A stretch of 64,000 nt of DNA, taken from Iphione sp. A-MEVVRFRX5. Lineage: Eukaryota. Both the position numbers and the translations under genes were made by a program. Positions 10,611 to 24,200 of this stretch are shown here, in pieces. Below the pieces are notes generated by a model, which was not told the origin of the DNA, made no database searches, and saw only the letters and a list, made by a program, of their open reading frames with translations. Every line of letters begins with the position of its first letter. Position 1 is the first letter of the stretch. The DNA lies in assembly GCA_976226885.1 (NCBI GenBank), contig OZ320316.1, positions 75,020,001-75,084,000 of the forward strand, given 5' to 3'.

Positions 10611-10631
10611 GCATTCTGAAACCGCCTTCAG
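10611..10631 (-). repeat. Right terminal inverted repeat and right TSD (CAG)
   Basis: GCATTCTGAAACCGCCTT (reverse complement AAGGCGGTTTCAGAATGC) followed by CAG at 10629-10631. Confidence 0.8.
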
Positions 10632-13600
10632 GTTATTTCCTTATGGCGCATTAGTTATGAGCAATGAGCTGCCTTTTGATCCATGGGAACATAGAACGCC
10701 CCCTGACGCCGGGACGGTAAATAGGTAAAGTTGCGATCCCGGTGCAAACTGAAACGGCACAGCGCCGGGCCATTTAACACTGAGCCACCGTACTCGGTGA
10801 GCGCAAGGAAATTAATACCTGGACGTGCGACCCCCTGGTGTCCGGGAGTTAGGTTTCTAAGGACGTAGTGGTGGTCTCTCTGGCTAGCCGAGCGGGAAGG
10901 CGCGTATGCCTCACCACCCCCATAACCGAGTGGCTGCCATTGTCAGCACCCACCACCGGAGGTTGTAACCCATCAAGTACCTTGCCGTTGCATTACTTCT
11001 GTCGTTAAAACGCCACATAAGAAGAATATATGTTCTACCCGATAAACGTAGAAATATGCGATGCATGGGTCTAAGAAAAATACATATATCCCGTCAGGAG
11101 CAGACGTTCTGAACATATGGCGTTGAGGCGTCACTATTAAAGGTGGCGCCCCTCAGTGCCTTTACCTATAAACACATTTTTATGGGAGAAAAAATGTGTT
11201 AGTATGAATGAAACCACTTTTGGCTGATGTCAGGCTTGTTTAACCATCCTGCACAATGATCTATATTGGCAGAGGGGGGGGGTGTACCGTACATCGCTTT
11301 AACATATCCTGTTTGGAAACGTTTGCGTGACAACAGGTACAAATATGCTCCCCTGTTCTTTTCCCTGCTGACATGACCGGCATACACCGAACCGAGCTTG
11401 TTGGGCCTGACTCCTGTGTCGGTCTGACATGGGGAAATCCACGGCCTGACATGGTCCAGCCTCCAGAGCAACATGCAAAGTCCGTGTCGATTCGGCGGAC
11501 AGCAACAGGGGCCCGTTAAATTACGGACGCCGATTGCGGCTTGGTCATCACGAACAGCAAGGGACGCACATCAGTGTCGATTATATAAGGTAATGGTGGA
11601 CGTCACACAATAGTACCATGGATCACGGCGCCTTCAAGCTGCAGGCAATACAAAAGGCGAACTGAAAAGGCAAATGACCGGGATCTCATTTTTTGCACTC
11701 TAATGGATGTCGTCGTGGCGTGTTACCTGGTAGGGACATTGCAAGGCAGCTTGTGGGAATATGTATACCTATACGTGCGCAATGTTGCTATTTTAGTGTC
11801 ACGAACTAAATTGTGGCACTCGGGTCTATCCCAAGCTGTCGTGTCTCCCATCAGACTTGTCAGGTTGTGGACGGATGCCCAAACCTGGAGACAGCGTCGC
11901 AAATGTGCATAGTCACGATTTGGATCTCGCAGGCCAACTGCGGGAGGTTGACCTCACGGGAACGGTGCACTGTATTTCCTTATTAGCTTATCCCTGGGTC
12001 TTTAGGGACGATGCAATGGAAGCCCCCTTCCCTTTCCCCTCCCCCTTCTTCTCCGATAGGGTGTGAAGGAGGTAAAGTTACTGGGAAATGTACCTTAGCG
12101 ATTCTTCAAGACAGCCTGTTTTAGGTATTAATTGCCACAGGTGTACAGGGCCATCTTCAGATAGATATAGAGTTTGGCAAGAAACCAACTAACAAAATAT
12201 GAGACAACAGTGCCATTGACACACGTCTGAAGTTCTGGTACGTACGATATCTTATTACTGATCCCATCAGCGATAACACTGAAAGCAACGTGTGGTGATA
12301 GTCGTGCCTTTTGTTATTTGTGCCGCAGGGAGTGTTAGCACTGATGCTTGTGTAATGTAAATGGAATGGGACCCATCCTTTCCGAGTTAACATGGCGTCG
12401 TATTGAGGTTTGACGCATTAATACGATCACCGCACATGCAGAACGGTATTCATGCGGTAATGAATGGGGGCGGATGGAAACAGGCGACTTGATCACATTT
12501 ACTGCTAGATTTTGGGCTGGCGTATATTCCATTGGCTTCAACATGGGCATCGTCAGATTCTCCCGGTCGTACAATGACACCAACGATCTATTCCGATCAG
12601 CCGTCACTTGCCCAGCTGTCCACACATCTGTCGAACTCCTAGCTTCTCTAGGCGGACTTGTTTTGCCATTCGCGATGCAGTGACAATCCGTCGGCCTAAA
12701 ACAGTGAAGAGCCATCCCATCATGAGCACTGCACCCTCAGCATCCCGGCAGGACATTCGAGTGCTTTCGAAAAGATAACGAGCGGCCCTCTCTTGTTCGG
12801 CTGCCGGCTCATCGGACTACTAAAAGAGAAGGTGATGCATATGCATCCAACACCAAAATGCTTCCCTGACCATGCAGATGTCGCTCACAGGGGAAGGCCT
12901 CCGATGAATGCTTCATCAGGCTTAATTGTTAAGTCCTTTCACTTCTTAACGCATCTCTCGAGACATGCTTAAAGAGAAAGAAACCATGTAAATGCTCGTG
13001 AACTATAGATTCTTTATTGAATTATCTTCACAGACACAGCGGCAACCAACCCAATGGTTATAGACTCTATGCATCGAACGAAATGTCGCCCTTGATAAAA
13101 ATCAGCCAGATTTATGCTATTCGTGACACGAATCGATTCGTGTGTAATCAGTTTGCTTTGTAGTTTATTTTTTGTAGTATAATAATTAAGACTTTGACTT
13201 TAATTAGAGGCCAGTTCTATACAGTCTATGACGCCGGTTGTTTGACCTTTATGGCTCTGATATATGATAATTATTGTTCAAATTGAAAGCTTTGATAATT
13301 GCAGTATTTTGTTTGCCCGCAAGGTGTAATAGACATAGTTTCTTCTTAATCATCTGTCTCCAAACTAAATCCATAACGTGAGAATAGTTATCTTCTGAAG
13401 ATTCAACATGCACGATTTTCTCTCAAAGAATCCCATTTTATCATTGAAGAGCTCCATAAAACGTGCACTGGTAGACTCCACATAGTATTCAATTAAGAAA
13501 ATCTAAAATTCAAATTAAGCCCATTTCTTTAAGTCTGGACCCATTACAGGCATTTCTCAGCACTTGAGTGTCAATATTTTCCTGGAAACAGCGTCCGTAC

Positions 13601-15088
13601 CAGCATTAATGGAACGTACGTTCCACGGCGACCTGGCTGATCCAATGCCAAGAACCATTTACCTGCTATTTCGTGTTTCATGTGCATCGATCGTTAAAGG
13701 GGCTTTTATAATGCACTCTCAGGAAGTTCCTTTAACGCTGACAGTCTGAGAAGTGGAGGATAAGGGAAGTCGAGTGGAAAACAAGGCTAGGAATATAGTA
13801 GAAATGTTATTAGAGTTGAAATGTTCACAAGTCATTTATCAGTTAAAAGAATACACCACACGGGGTATTGGATATGATTTTGAAGGCAGATACACTCTCT
13901 TGATTTCTATGTACGTGTAGAAGACTAACATAGATTTATTTCTACACGTATTACCATTTATTTTTATTAAAACATATAACTATTAATTGTGATTCGCACA
14001 TTAACATGTATAAAAACTATTAGACAAAAAGTGTATACATGTACACTTGTTTCTTGAACGTAGGCACTGGACCTTCAGGGGTCAACTGAAAGCAAGCTTG
14101 TATGCATCAGGGAAATTCGTGTATGCAAGCGGGAAAGCACTTGTAAAACAACAGGACTGTTTATAGCACCCAAAACTCGACTAGTACCAATCTCATGTAT
14201 CATCAACAGTTGCCACTGCCGTCGACATGAGTACAGAGAAATTGAAGTAATTTACGGAGCTGTGCTCGTCTGTTGCGGGACTGAACAACCGCAGCCCATC
14301 CACTTCAATTAGTAGGAACACAGGGGCAGGCACACATAGCCGCATAGCGGGAGTACAGAGAAGGCCAGCCAATGCTACTGGACCGATCATTTAACCATTC
14401 ATCACACATGGCATAATGGCATTGATGTAGCTACCCGTGACATAGATAATTTTCTTTGCTTCTCTTTTCCCTTCAACAACGAATATTATAGACTTTGTAT
14501 GCAGATCTAGAAGGTTGATCCTGCAAATGAATACATTGACTTGAATGAATAGTTTTTCCGTGGAGGAAATGTTCCTCTGGTTTAACTAGGTACATGTATT
14601 TCTTAAGTAAAGGTGAGTAACGCATTCAAAATGTCATCGAGGAATATGCATTTTTTAATGTCTACTTACTATAGAAAAGAATAAAGATTGCAATTTATAA
14701 TCACATCCGGTCGTTTTTTAACCCCATTGTCTTTGGAGCTGGGAAAAATTCTTTCCAAAGTACTGATGTCATCACACAATGGGCCACAGAAAATTGTTTA
14801 AATGACAAATACGAATGTATGGTAGGTGGTGCGGAATGGTTCCACATCAACCTTTATTCTGTTCGTTCGGTACCGAGACTTCTTGAATATGTAACGGCGA
14901 AAGTCGGTTGTCGGACCGTCAAATCGATATTCTTTGGCTAGACACCCGTCAGTACGAAAGCAAATGGATGATATGTTCATAGATTAAAAAACAGTCGTTT
15001 TCCAAAGGAGTTAATGAGTCTAACTAACGGACACTAGGATGGAGAGAACAATGCTAAAGGTATAGGGGAAAGGAGACAGCCTCTTGGA

Positions 15089-15272
15089 NNNNNNNNNNNN
15101 NNNNNNNNNNNNNNNNNNNNNNNNNNNNNNNNNNNNNNNNNNNNNNNNNNNNNNNNNNNNNNNNNNNNNNNNNNNNNNNNNNNNNNNNNNNNNNNNNNNN
15201 NNNNNNNNNNNNNNNNNNNNNNNNNNNNNNNNNNNNNNNNNNNNNNNNNNNNNNNNNNNNNNNNNNNNNNNN
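15089..15272. other. Assembly gap (184 N)
   Basis: Run of N characters. Confidence 1.
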
Positions 15273-18200
15273 GGTAAACGAAGAGGTTGCTCGTGCCTGT
15301 GATTTCCCGTTGTCTGCCTGTGGCAGGCACAAAGTGGGATGATGACAAATACAGCGGATCACGGCCGCCGGCTGTCTATTCACTGCACGCCGCGGCCGAA
15401 TAGCGGCGCTAAGATGTTTCATTAGGCTACTCTTCGGGCCGGAGTGAGGGACGGGTGGATAAAGCTCAATCGATTCAATCAAAATAAAACAGGGCGCGTG
15501 ATAAGACGGCTGATCCCATCACACGGGTTTGGGCCGAATGGGCGCGACATGGGACCGACGGAGATCTGAGGAATTCGACGGCCGCCACGGCCGCCTACCG
15601 CTGTCAAGGCAAGCACGCGGCCCACATGGACGCGTAAGCCAAGGCTCAGACAGAGCAGTTGGCGAGTTGGGAAGAGAACAGCTCTGACTGACTGGGGCAC
15701 CGCCCCTGGCATTTTCGACTTTGCGCGTCTTTCTGCTGACGCACGTGTGTCTATGTGTGTTGGGGGGAGGGAGAATTCAAGGCTGTGTACTTGCCGTGTA
15801 AGGAGCAGAATGCCGTTAGCACATGTAAGCTGCCTGGCAAATACGCACTGGGCTGGGACAACACATGAGGATAGTAAATCTCCGATCGGGGTGATTCTCA
15901 GAGGCGACCGGGAGGGATGGAGACCTTGTAGTTCGGACCAGACCAAGTCAGCTCATTCAATGAGCCCTACAGCGCAGGGCACTTTGAAGTATTTGCAAAG
16001 GGGCTCAATGCTCATCAAACGGTTAGGGTTGACCTGGGTCTGATTTACTATGAACATGTCTAAACTATGTACAGCGGGCAAATTCTTTTACGTGTGTCAT
16101 CTCCAGAGCGGCTACGTGGAGGAGGGGACGTCCGTCCAGTCAGACGGTGACGATCAAATCAATATTTCAGAGAAACCGTCAGGCCGCCCTGCAAGTGGAA
16201 AAAATGAGGACAAAATGCAGGAAGAAACCTAGGCTACTGCCTGGCAACAATTACCCCTTTCGGATGTCGTCAACGACATTCCGTTGTCAGGTCCTCGACT
16301 AAAAACGCTCCATACTCTTTGGTCCGTGCGTCGTCATGAATGCAAACTGCATTATAGCGCGGCATAGTAGATTGGTGTCACGTCGGCGAGCCGATGTGGA
16401 AACAGTTTTACCCCTACTTCACGAAAGGGAAGTCAATTATGTACTGCGTCCAATCACTGCCTATGCAGAAGTGGCTATTAAATCTAGAAACGATGGCGTC
16501 TCCACCTATTTTCTGTCCTTCTATTGAGACGCAATACGAGTGTGCTCCGTCGGGGACTAGGCACCTGTCGGCAAACGGTACTTTGCCGTTTGATGAATAT
16601 CAATCAAGAATACAGACCCTGAAACACGCCGAGTAATTTGCGTTGCCTCGGCCAAACATGCCGTAGGTGTACGCGCGAGCCACAGCCAACTCGCACTCTT
16701 TATTAACCTCTCAATACAGGTTGGCATTACGAATGCAGTGCTCCTTCATCATAGGACGCTAGCGCTTCATGAATTTAGACAATCGTACTCGCGAAAGCAA
16801 TTAGTGACTTGGTTCTCCTTGAAAACGTGATCGAGGACAACTATCTCTTCTTTATGGCATCAGCACTGAGCAAACACATCCCTCCATAATGCTAAACCCC
16901 CTACGAATCCTGCGTTTACTTAGGACTTTCGGCACGCATGAAGTCATATTCATGACTTGCTGGAAGGTTTTTGCTGCGTGCTTCTTTAAAGGTGAGAGCT
17001 CTCAAGTGCACTCCTTACAACCAATTCTTGCTCATCAATTTCTCTGTTTTAGTTTCTTTTCTGTGACAGACTGCAGCTGTGGTAAAAAAGTCCATGTTTG
17101 CTTGGCCTGCATAAATTTCAATAGTATTTCTTGTGCAAGTCCTGGAGTCATGTTTACACAGATATCCCGGACGGTCTGAAGGCCATATGAATTTTTATAT
17201 TTTCATTCTCAGGCAAGCTTTTTTTCAGATCTCTTTACAAATATCCCAAGAATATATCTGACATCCACTTTCGTTTCGAAAATGTTGATAAGGGGGGGGG
17301 GTGAAAACTATCAGCCATTTGACCCATGCTAGTGATCATACAAAAAGTGTTGACAGAGTCTTTTGATGTATCGCATTTCCCACATATCCATTTTTAATGC
17401 AAAAACAACAATTCACCATCACAAGGTATGAACGGAGTCTATATAATATTGCGGCTATTTCTTACCTGTTTTTAACAAGGTAATAATCTCGATGGTGCTC
17501 CCAGCAAATTCCTTTGCTGCTCATACTGTTCTGCCGAATATTTATCTCTCCTAAGCCATTCTGATGCCATCGTCCCTTCCATGCCTTCGGGAACTTGCAG
17601 CGCGACTCTGAAATATTTAAAGAAAGACATCTATGACTGCGACAGTCGCATAGATACGAAAAGTAACATCTGCTGTATAATATATCGAGACATCAAAGTA
17701 ACGATTCCCCTGCATGGCATTTCCTATACACATGTCTACATCTTGGGGATTACAGGAGCTCATACATTATTCATAATCTAGTTACCCATTACGACCCCAT
17801 AAAGTGTTTAGTGGTCATGGGAGATATTCATCAGGCATACTAAGGAGTCGCTCGGATTGTTCAGCATGTAGCTCGTAAAACAATCACGTTGGTATGTTTG
17901 CTCACGCTAAGAGTAGAGGCGGGTCTCCCCCTTCCGCTCACCGCAAGAACCGGTTGTAGAGGTCACACCACCGCGAGTTGCTCTAGCGAGGTGTGTAAGG
18001 ACACCGTGGTGACACCGATGTGGCCCCAATGGGTACCAAGGAGCTGCTCTGTCATTGTCCAGCCAACCGAACCCCCAAACACGCTAGGGTCAAGTGGCCG
18101 CGGCACCACCAATCGATATAAGGCCAGTGCGCTACGTACACCACACTGCCGCTGGCTACCCCAATATCCTACCGACTGCACCACCCTCCCACAGCTGACC

Positions 18201-21200
18201 ACTGTTCATCGGCTACACTATGGCTACGATCTGCAATTGATGACTTGGAGGAACTCTGGGCAGAATCGGTCAGTTGCCCTTGGGGCACTGCCGCCATTCT
18301 GCTCGTAGATCTAGCCCTCCTCGAGCGGAGAGTCTGTTATTTGTCGGCACGCCGCCATCGCCTGGTCAAACGCCCTGCGGTGGCACAAACCAGCCGGCTG
18401 CACGGGCTGACACCCTCCCACACAGCCACCGACACAAGCTTTGGATAATCGCGAGAAGGATTGATAGGCCGGCCACGGTCAATCGAATAAAAATCTCACC
18501 GGGCATTTCCGGAGATTTAGGCGGTCGGAGGAACCAGCCTGCTTCAATATGGTAAGCCCACACAATAGCTGTCGCCTCTAGAGTTAAGACCACGGTGCCG
18601 AACCCGCATCGCAACGACTACTCGACATATGGATGTGTATGGCTATACTGATGGGATAGAGCAACCCTGTTTGGCAGTATGTGACATATATACTTGCAAC
18701 GACTATTATAGTTGGTTGAGGGTCAAAGCCGTTCGAACCGTACTAATTCTGGAAGATTTAGAGGCTTTGCGTTAAAGCTCTTGATTAGGACCCCGAAGCC
18801 CCTGGCCGTCCTGGTGAATGCCAATGCCCTGGTCGTAATGAAAACACCCCACTAACCCCTGACAATGTATTCTGCGTGAAGCAGACAAATGAAGTATGGT
18901 GCGGGCCAGGGTTAAAATTCCAGTATGCAGACAACAGCGAGCCGTTTCAATGTGAGGAACAATAAAAGATGGTGAATATTTGCCCTCGTAACCCTGAACA
19001 AATACGATGAAACATTCCCACCGTCTGAGGTCATCCCATTAGGCTAGTGTGGAAGATCCGGAACGACACCTCCAACATGATTTACGCTGCGAACATGGCA
19101 AATCATTAACACAACCCACGTCCCAGTGAGAGCACTTCCAATGGCACCCGATCATTTGCTGCCATTGTCTGCAATCTACGAGAGTCTTCTACTTCAATCG
19201 CCCAATTGACCGGAGCTGAGGTGCCGGGCAGGGATGATCTAATTAGGAAATTGATCCTGGATAATTAGACAAATATTCTAAGCAAGAGCGGTCTGTTGTG
19301 AAATGGGATTAGGCCAAGAACGGCAGGAAGTCTGATGCCGAGGACCTCATTTCACAAACGGAGGGTATGATCTCAACGGTCCGTTTCCTTTCAGTGTTGG
19401 TTTGAACGAAGCATATACTTGTACTATGTATGTGTTTGGATTTGATGTACACTGAACATGAAACTAAAGAAGCTTGAGATAATGTTGTCTTAGACGATTT
19501 CTCATTATACGTAGGTCGGATTGTATGATAAACAGTAATGCACACTGCACGACCTTTTCCACACGTAGACTCTCAGTATCTGCAAATCTTTACTTCATAC
19601 ACCTAACATTACCTTTGATAGCATATCTTCATAGCACAAGCGTGGTCGTTGGTGCACACACTTGGAGGTCATAGTAAATTGGCAGCCATTTGCATATACA
19701 GTTCGTTGCATAATAAATTACTGTTTTCCTCGATGTCTTCCATGCGGGCATCATACACAGTACTTTGGAAATACATGTAGGCCTATAATATGATAATAGC
19801 TGCAACCTAATGTCTTTCAGTGGGATATGCTTATCAGATTGGTAACGCCCGACACACAACATTTGCTTATATGGGGCTTTAGCATGTAGGAAGAAAGACT
19901 CAGTCACAAAAGCGGTTTGTTTCCTCCAACAGTGCTGGTCAAAGTATATGATTGACGCATCTTTATCCATTGAATGCGCCTAGTTCAGAACACGGCGGTG
20001 TGAGAAGAATTGAATCCATATTTCTTGCTCTGCTTTAGCGTCGGTGCACCGCCCCATTGCCTGATCAGCACAACGATATGCCATGCAGTATGTTAAAAGG
20101 TACCCCGGTTTGTATTTAGGCTCATACAAATGAGTTATTTCATTCTGGGCTTTGTGTATTCAAATTGAATAGCAGCATACATCAAGCGGCAAGATATGCC
20201 AGCACACAAATTATTACATCTTTTGTTTACTTAACAATGTATCATATAGACCCATACATGCTAGTGTTCCGGTGGGTGCTCTTCATAACCCTAGGACAGA
20301 CGTGGTACAAAATATCATGACGGTAAAAAATATTCTGATTTATTAAACGCTGCTCCCATTCAGCTGGTAGACAACCATTGTTGTAATTATCTTTTACCAA
20401 AAGATGGGTATACTTAAGTATCTCTAATTAAAAAACAACAGGGCAGATGAATGCACCGAAACCAATTTTGTCAATTTTGAATTTCAGTATACATGTTGTG
20501 AATAAAGATACATGTACATGAACACAGTGTGCTTATATATAGCCACCAAGGTTTTAACTTCCAAAGCGTCGATGCCCCCCCCCCCTCTTAATGGGATCTA
20601 TCAAATGCCCTGATGCCTATTTACTGGTAACTTCCATATAAAACGTAATTATCGAAGGGAGCACCCAGTTTGATATGGCTATAATACCTCTGTATCATAA
20701 ACAGTCTTATTTAATTTCGTGGTCATTTGGTGATTCCGATGACAATTCAGGGGAAAGCTAATAAGCGGAGCTCATGGCGCACCGAACGGCCGAGCGCCCA
20801 TCCGGCCCAACCGTTCACTGCAAGCGCGCATTTCCAACCATCTGCTGACTCACAATACATATATTTGCATCCATATACACCTCGCCGCGTCGTGTCCTCC
20901 CGCCGCTTCACGCCGTCGGTCGGACGGCGTCGGTCCCCCATCGATTACCACGCTGGGCTCAGCGTGGGATTATGAGATAAAGCGATAATCCATCTCAGGC
21001 GGAACAAAACAAAGTTGGAAAACATGTCTCAGGGGCCTTAATACAGAAGACCATCGTCCGCATTATGTCGGATTAAAGCGGAATTCAATGCATCGCACAG
21101 TGTGCTATATTTCCTCATGGGATTTACCTCCTCGATGGAAGTTACTTATCAAATTTCAGTGAGTGCTATATACATTTAATTTGGTGGACAGGGTTTATCA

Positions 21201-24200
21201 AACGCAGGTGGCTGAAGTGGTTTAACTTTAATTTGAAAATGCCCTATAAACAGACGAATCATTGGTAATTGATAGTTCCTCATTAAATATTATTCCATAT
21301 ATGTGCCCATTTAAAACGTTAAATTGAAACGCGCCGGTAATGCCAAGAAAAATTCCATTTAACGTCAGGCAATCAAAAAACATCCCAATGGGGTCCCTGG
21401 TGACTACTGTCCGTGGCTAATTCAAACCACCTGCCGCTTTTCTTCAACGGCTACATTCGACTAGCTGGTTTTTATGTCGATAGCTCTCGAATTTAATACA
21501 TGACCTTCAATAAAGGCAACAAGTTTACTCAGATTGCTGAAAAAGGTTTGCTGACTGAGGTGGGGGAGCTTTCGTGGTTCCATCAAGAAGGACATCCACC
21601 TAGACTTGTGACCTGTTTAGCGATGTCTGTTCCAGTGAGCACGCGTGAGCATTAGCAGATCGAACTTGGGATGTGTTTTATCATGTAGGCAACACTCACC
21701 GAGGTAGACAATGCCTCCTGATTACTGAGATAGACGGTGGAGCAGCAGACGCTTGCGGGCGTTCCTACCTCCCACGCTGCCTCTCATTCTCCTCTCACTC
21801 TCATTGACTGCAGGCTGGCCTGGGCGAGAACACGTTTCATTAAATTAAACATGCTCGGGGCCTTGCAAGAAAACTTGCCAGCGACAGGGCGGGACAACTT
21901 GGCCAACGCCCTTCGCTGATTCAATTTGGATCACTTCTTCTTGTTCAAGGCAGCGGCTACGTGCCATGCCTGCATCCTATGAGCTCTTCCAGTCGTAGAA
22001 GCAGGTCGAAGCAGTTGGATAAAGTGCTGCACAGGATTCAAATACATGTGTCCATGTATATAATGTGTGCCAAGTCAATCGTTATCAATTGGCATGAGTA
22101 TGAAGTCTCGTCTTGTTTTAGGGAAATTTAATGAGATAACCGAACCGAGAAAATGCATTTCTCATTAAATCTTTCTTTTCTGCCAATACGCAGGGCGAAA
22201 AATCGTGTCGCTCAATTTAACATATCGAATAGAAAGGCAATTAAGCTACCGCATCACCGTGCCCTTATCCGACATGCTAGCGTTGTAGAGTAAGTGCGTT
22301 TCATGTCAGGCATGTGGGCGTGTGAGCGTCACATTTCGTGACGGTGCCATTAGCGTTGATGTTCGCGCCATTTTGGCACTGGGGGCTTCCCCCCTGTGAA
22401 CCCTGGGGGTTGAAACTCCTCATGCATAACCTGCATCGCTCATGATACCACTCGTCACACTTCACTCGCTCCCGTAAAAAAAAAGGTTTTACCCTGACGG
22501 GGGCGTCCCGGGAAAATTTGAACGTTTTAAATGGAACAAGAAACAAAGGGCATTTTAGGCAGCTCTGTGGAGCAAGACGTTATCGTTGCCAGCCGTCTGT
22601 CCGCTTCACTGTGTTACGATGCACGCCACCATCCTATTCAGAGGGGTGACATATGGGGCTTGCGGCCGCCCTCTAGATTCCTATCTCCACTGGCACACGT
22701 TATTCAGTTATCATCATATCACACATCTGCATGTTTTTATAATACATCAACGAGACCTTACAGATCTCTGGCTCTATCGAACGACATGGCGCTGTATCCG
22801 TGGCTCAGGGAAAAGCTACGTGTAACTACCATCTTGAATGCGCGGTCACAGTGTCATCTACATAACCATCAACGACGAACAATTTCCGCCATATCAAGTC
22901 TGATAGATGAGTCACACTCAGCTTTGTATATCCTAAATCCTATTCTTCACATATTGCTTCACTCAATGTCATTGGCATTGATTTTCTATTAGGGGATGTG
23001 ATAATACGTGATTAGATTTTAGCGTTGTCTACTCTACTCGCTAAGAGAACACGTGCCTGGGGGTAAGGGTTCGTGTGGAATGCTTCCAAGAAGAAAACCA
23101 ACATTCAGTAAAAACATGTCATTCGCTCAAAACAAAGTTGGTACAATGTCGGTGGATGGAATCAGGCTACAGAACAAAGCAATGTGACATTAGCTGAAGG
23201 CGAGATTAGTACATTGCGTTTCACATGTAACCCAAACAAGCGCGTACTCCCTAGAAAGTTCAGTTTCCATCAAACATGATCAGGTCCTGAATACATAATG
23301 AGATAACACCTGTAGACGTACAAATAGACCGCAGCATTTTATCAACTTACTAGTGCTTGTCAGTTGGAAGGAGAATTCTAATTGAATAAATCGACATGTG
23401 GCATACACGGTCTGTCTTTGCCGACGTACCATTTTTGTGAGGGCAATATGCTAATCAATGCATTCCACTGAAGAAATATTTCTTCTGAACGGCATACTAC
23501 TGAGTTGACCGAAGAGGTACAGCTCTGTTGTTCAGGAAGACAGGAAGAGCTGGTAAGACAGGTGTTGATAGGTTTAGTCACGTGCATTGGGTCGCTTCGT
23601 GCACCTGGCGCCTTTCGGGCTGTTTGGACCTAATGAGCCAGGTCTAATTAGCCGTAAATACCAATCATTTGGGAATCGAGCAGCGTACGTCCTGGGATAT
23701 TTTCCAACAGTATGCGAGACGAACCGTGAAGATCTCAACAAAAACATTTGAAAATCTTCCCGTCTGGCATCCTAATCCGCCGCAACTCGAGCAGCCAAAG
23801 AGCCATGCATCTTCCTGAGGGAACAAAAGCGTGGTGTGTGGCTGGAAGAGGCAACGTTGGACGGGAGTTACATTGACGTGTGGCCAAAAGCTAGGGAGTT
23901 CGAACCGGCGCACAGACAAAGGCGGAGGTGCTGCGTGCCCGCCAACCGGCACATACAGCCAGCCGGGTAGTCACGTGACCTTGTGGCCAGGCCGGATTAA
24001 CTCATCACGCGCCACGAGCAGCTCGTGAAAAAGTCCAGGCGGCCGCTGTAATTAAACCAAACTGTGCGGTCGGTGGCAGTTTGGAGGCCCCGACCTTGCC
24101 AGGCGCCTCGGGCATTGTTTACGGCTTATTCCTTGTCCAAGCCAGGATACACCTCCGTCAATCCAGACAACATTCCCTTTTTGCGCTTCAAGGCCGGCGG

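Larger units (their letters stand above)
380..10628. mobile_element. Autonomous PIF/Harbinger DNA transposon (~10.25 kb) carrying transposase, Myb/SANT-like partner and extra nested ORF(s)
   Basis: Left end GGGATGGTTTCAGAATGC (380-397) and right end GCATTCTGAAACCGCCTT (10611-10628) are inverted repeats at 14/18, with a perfect 13-bp core GGTTTCAGAATGC. CAG flanks both ends (377-379, 10629-10631). The element encloses a Harbinger-type transposase and a Myb/SANT-like gene, the canonical two-gene Harbinger complement. Confidence 0.9.
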
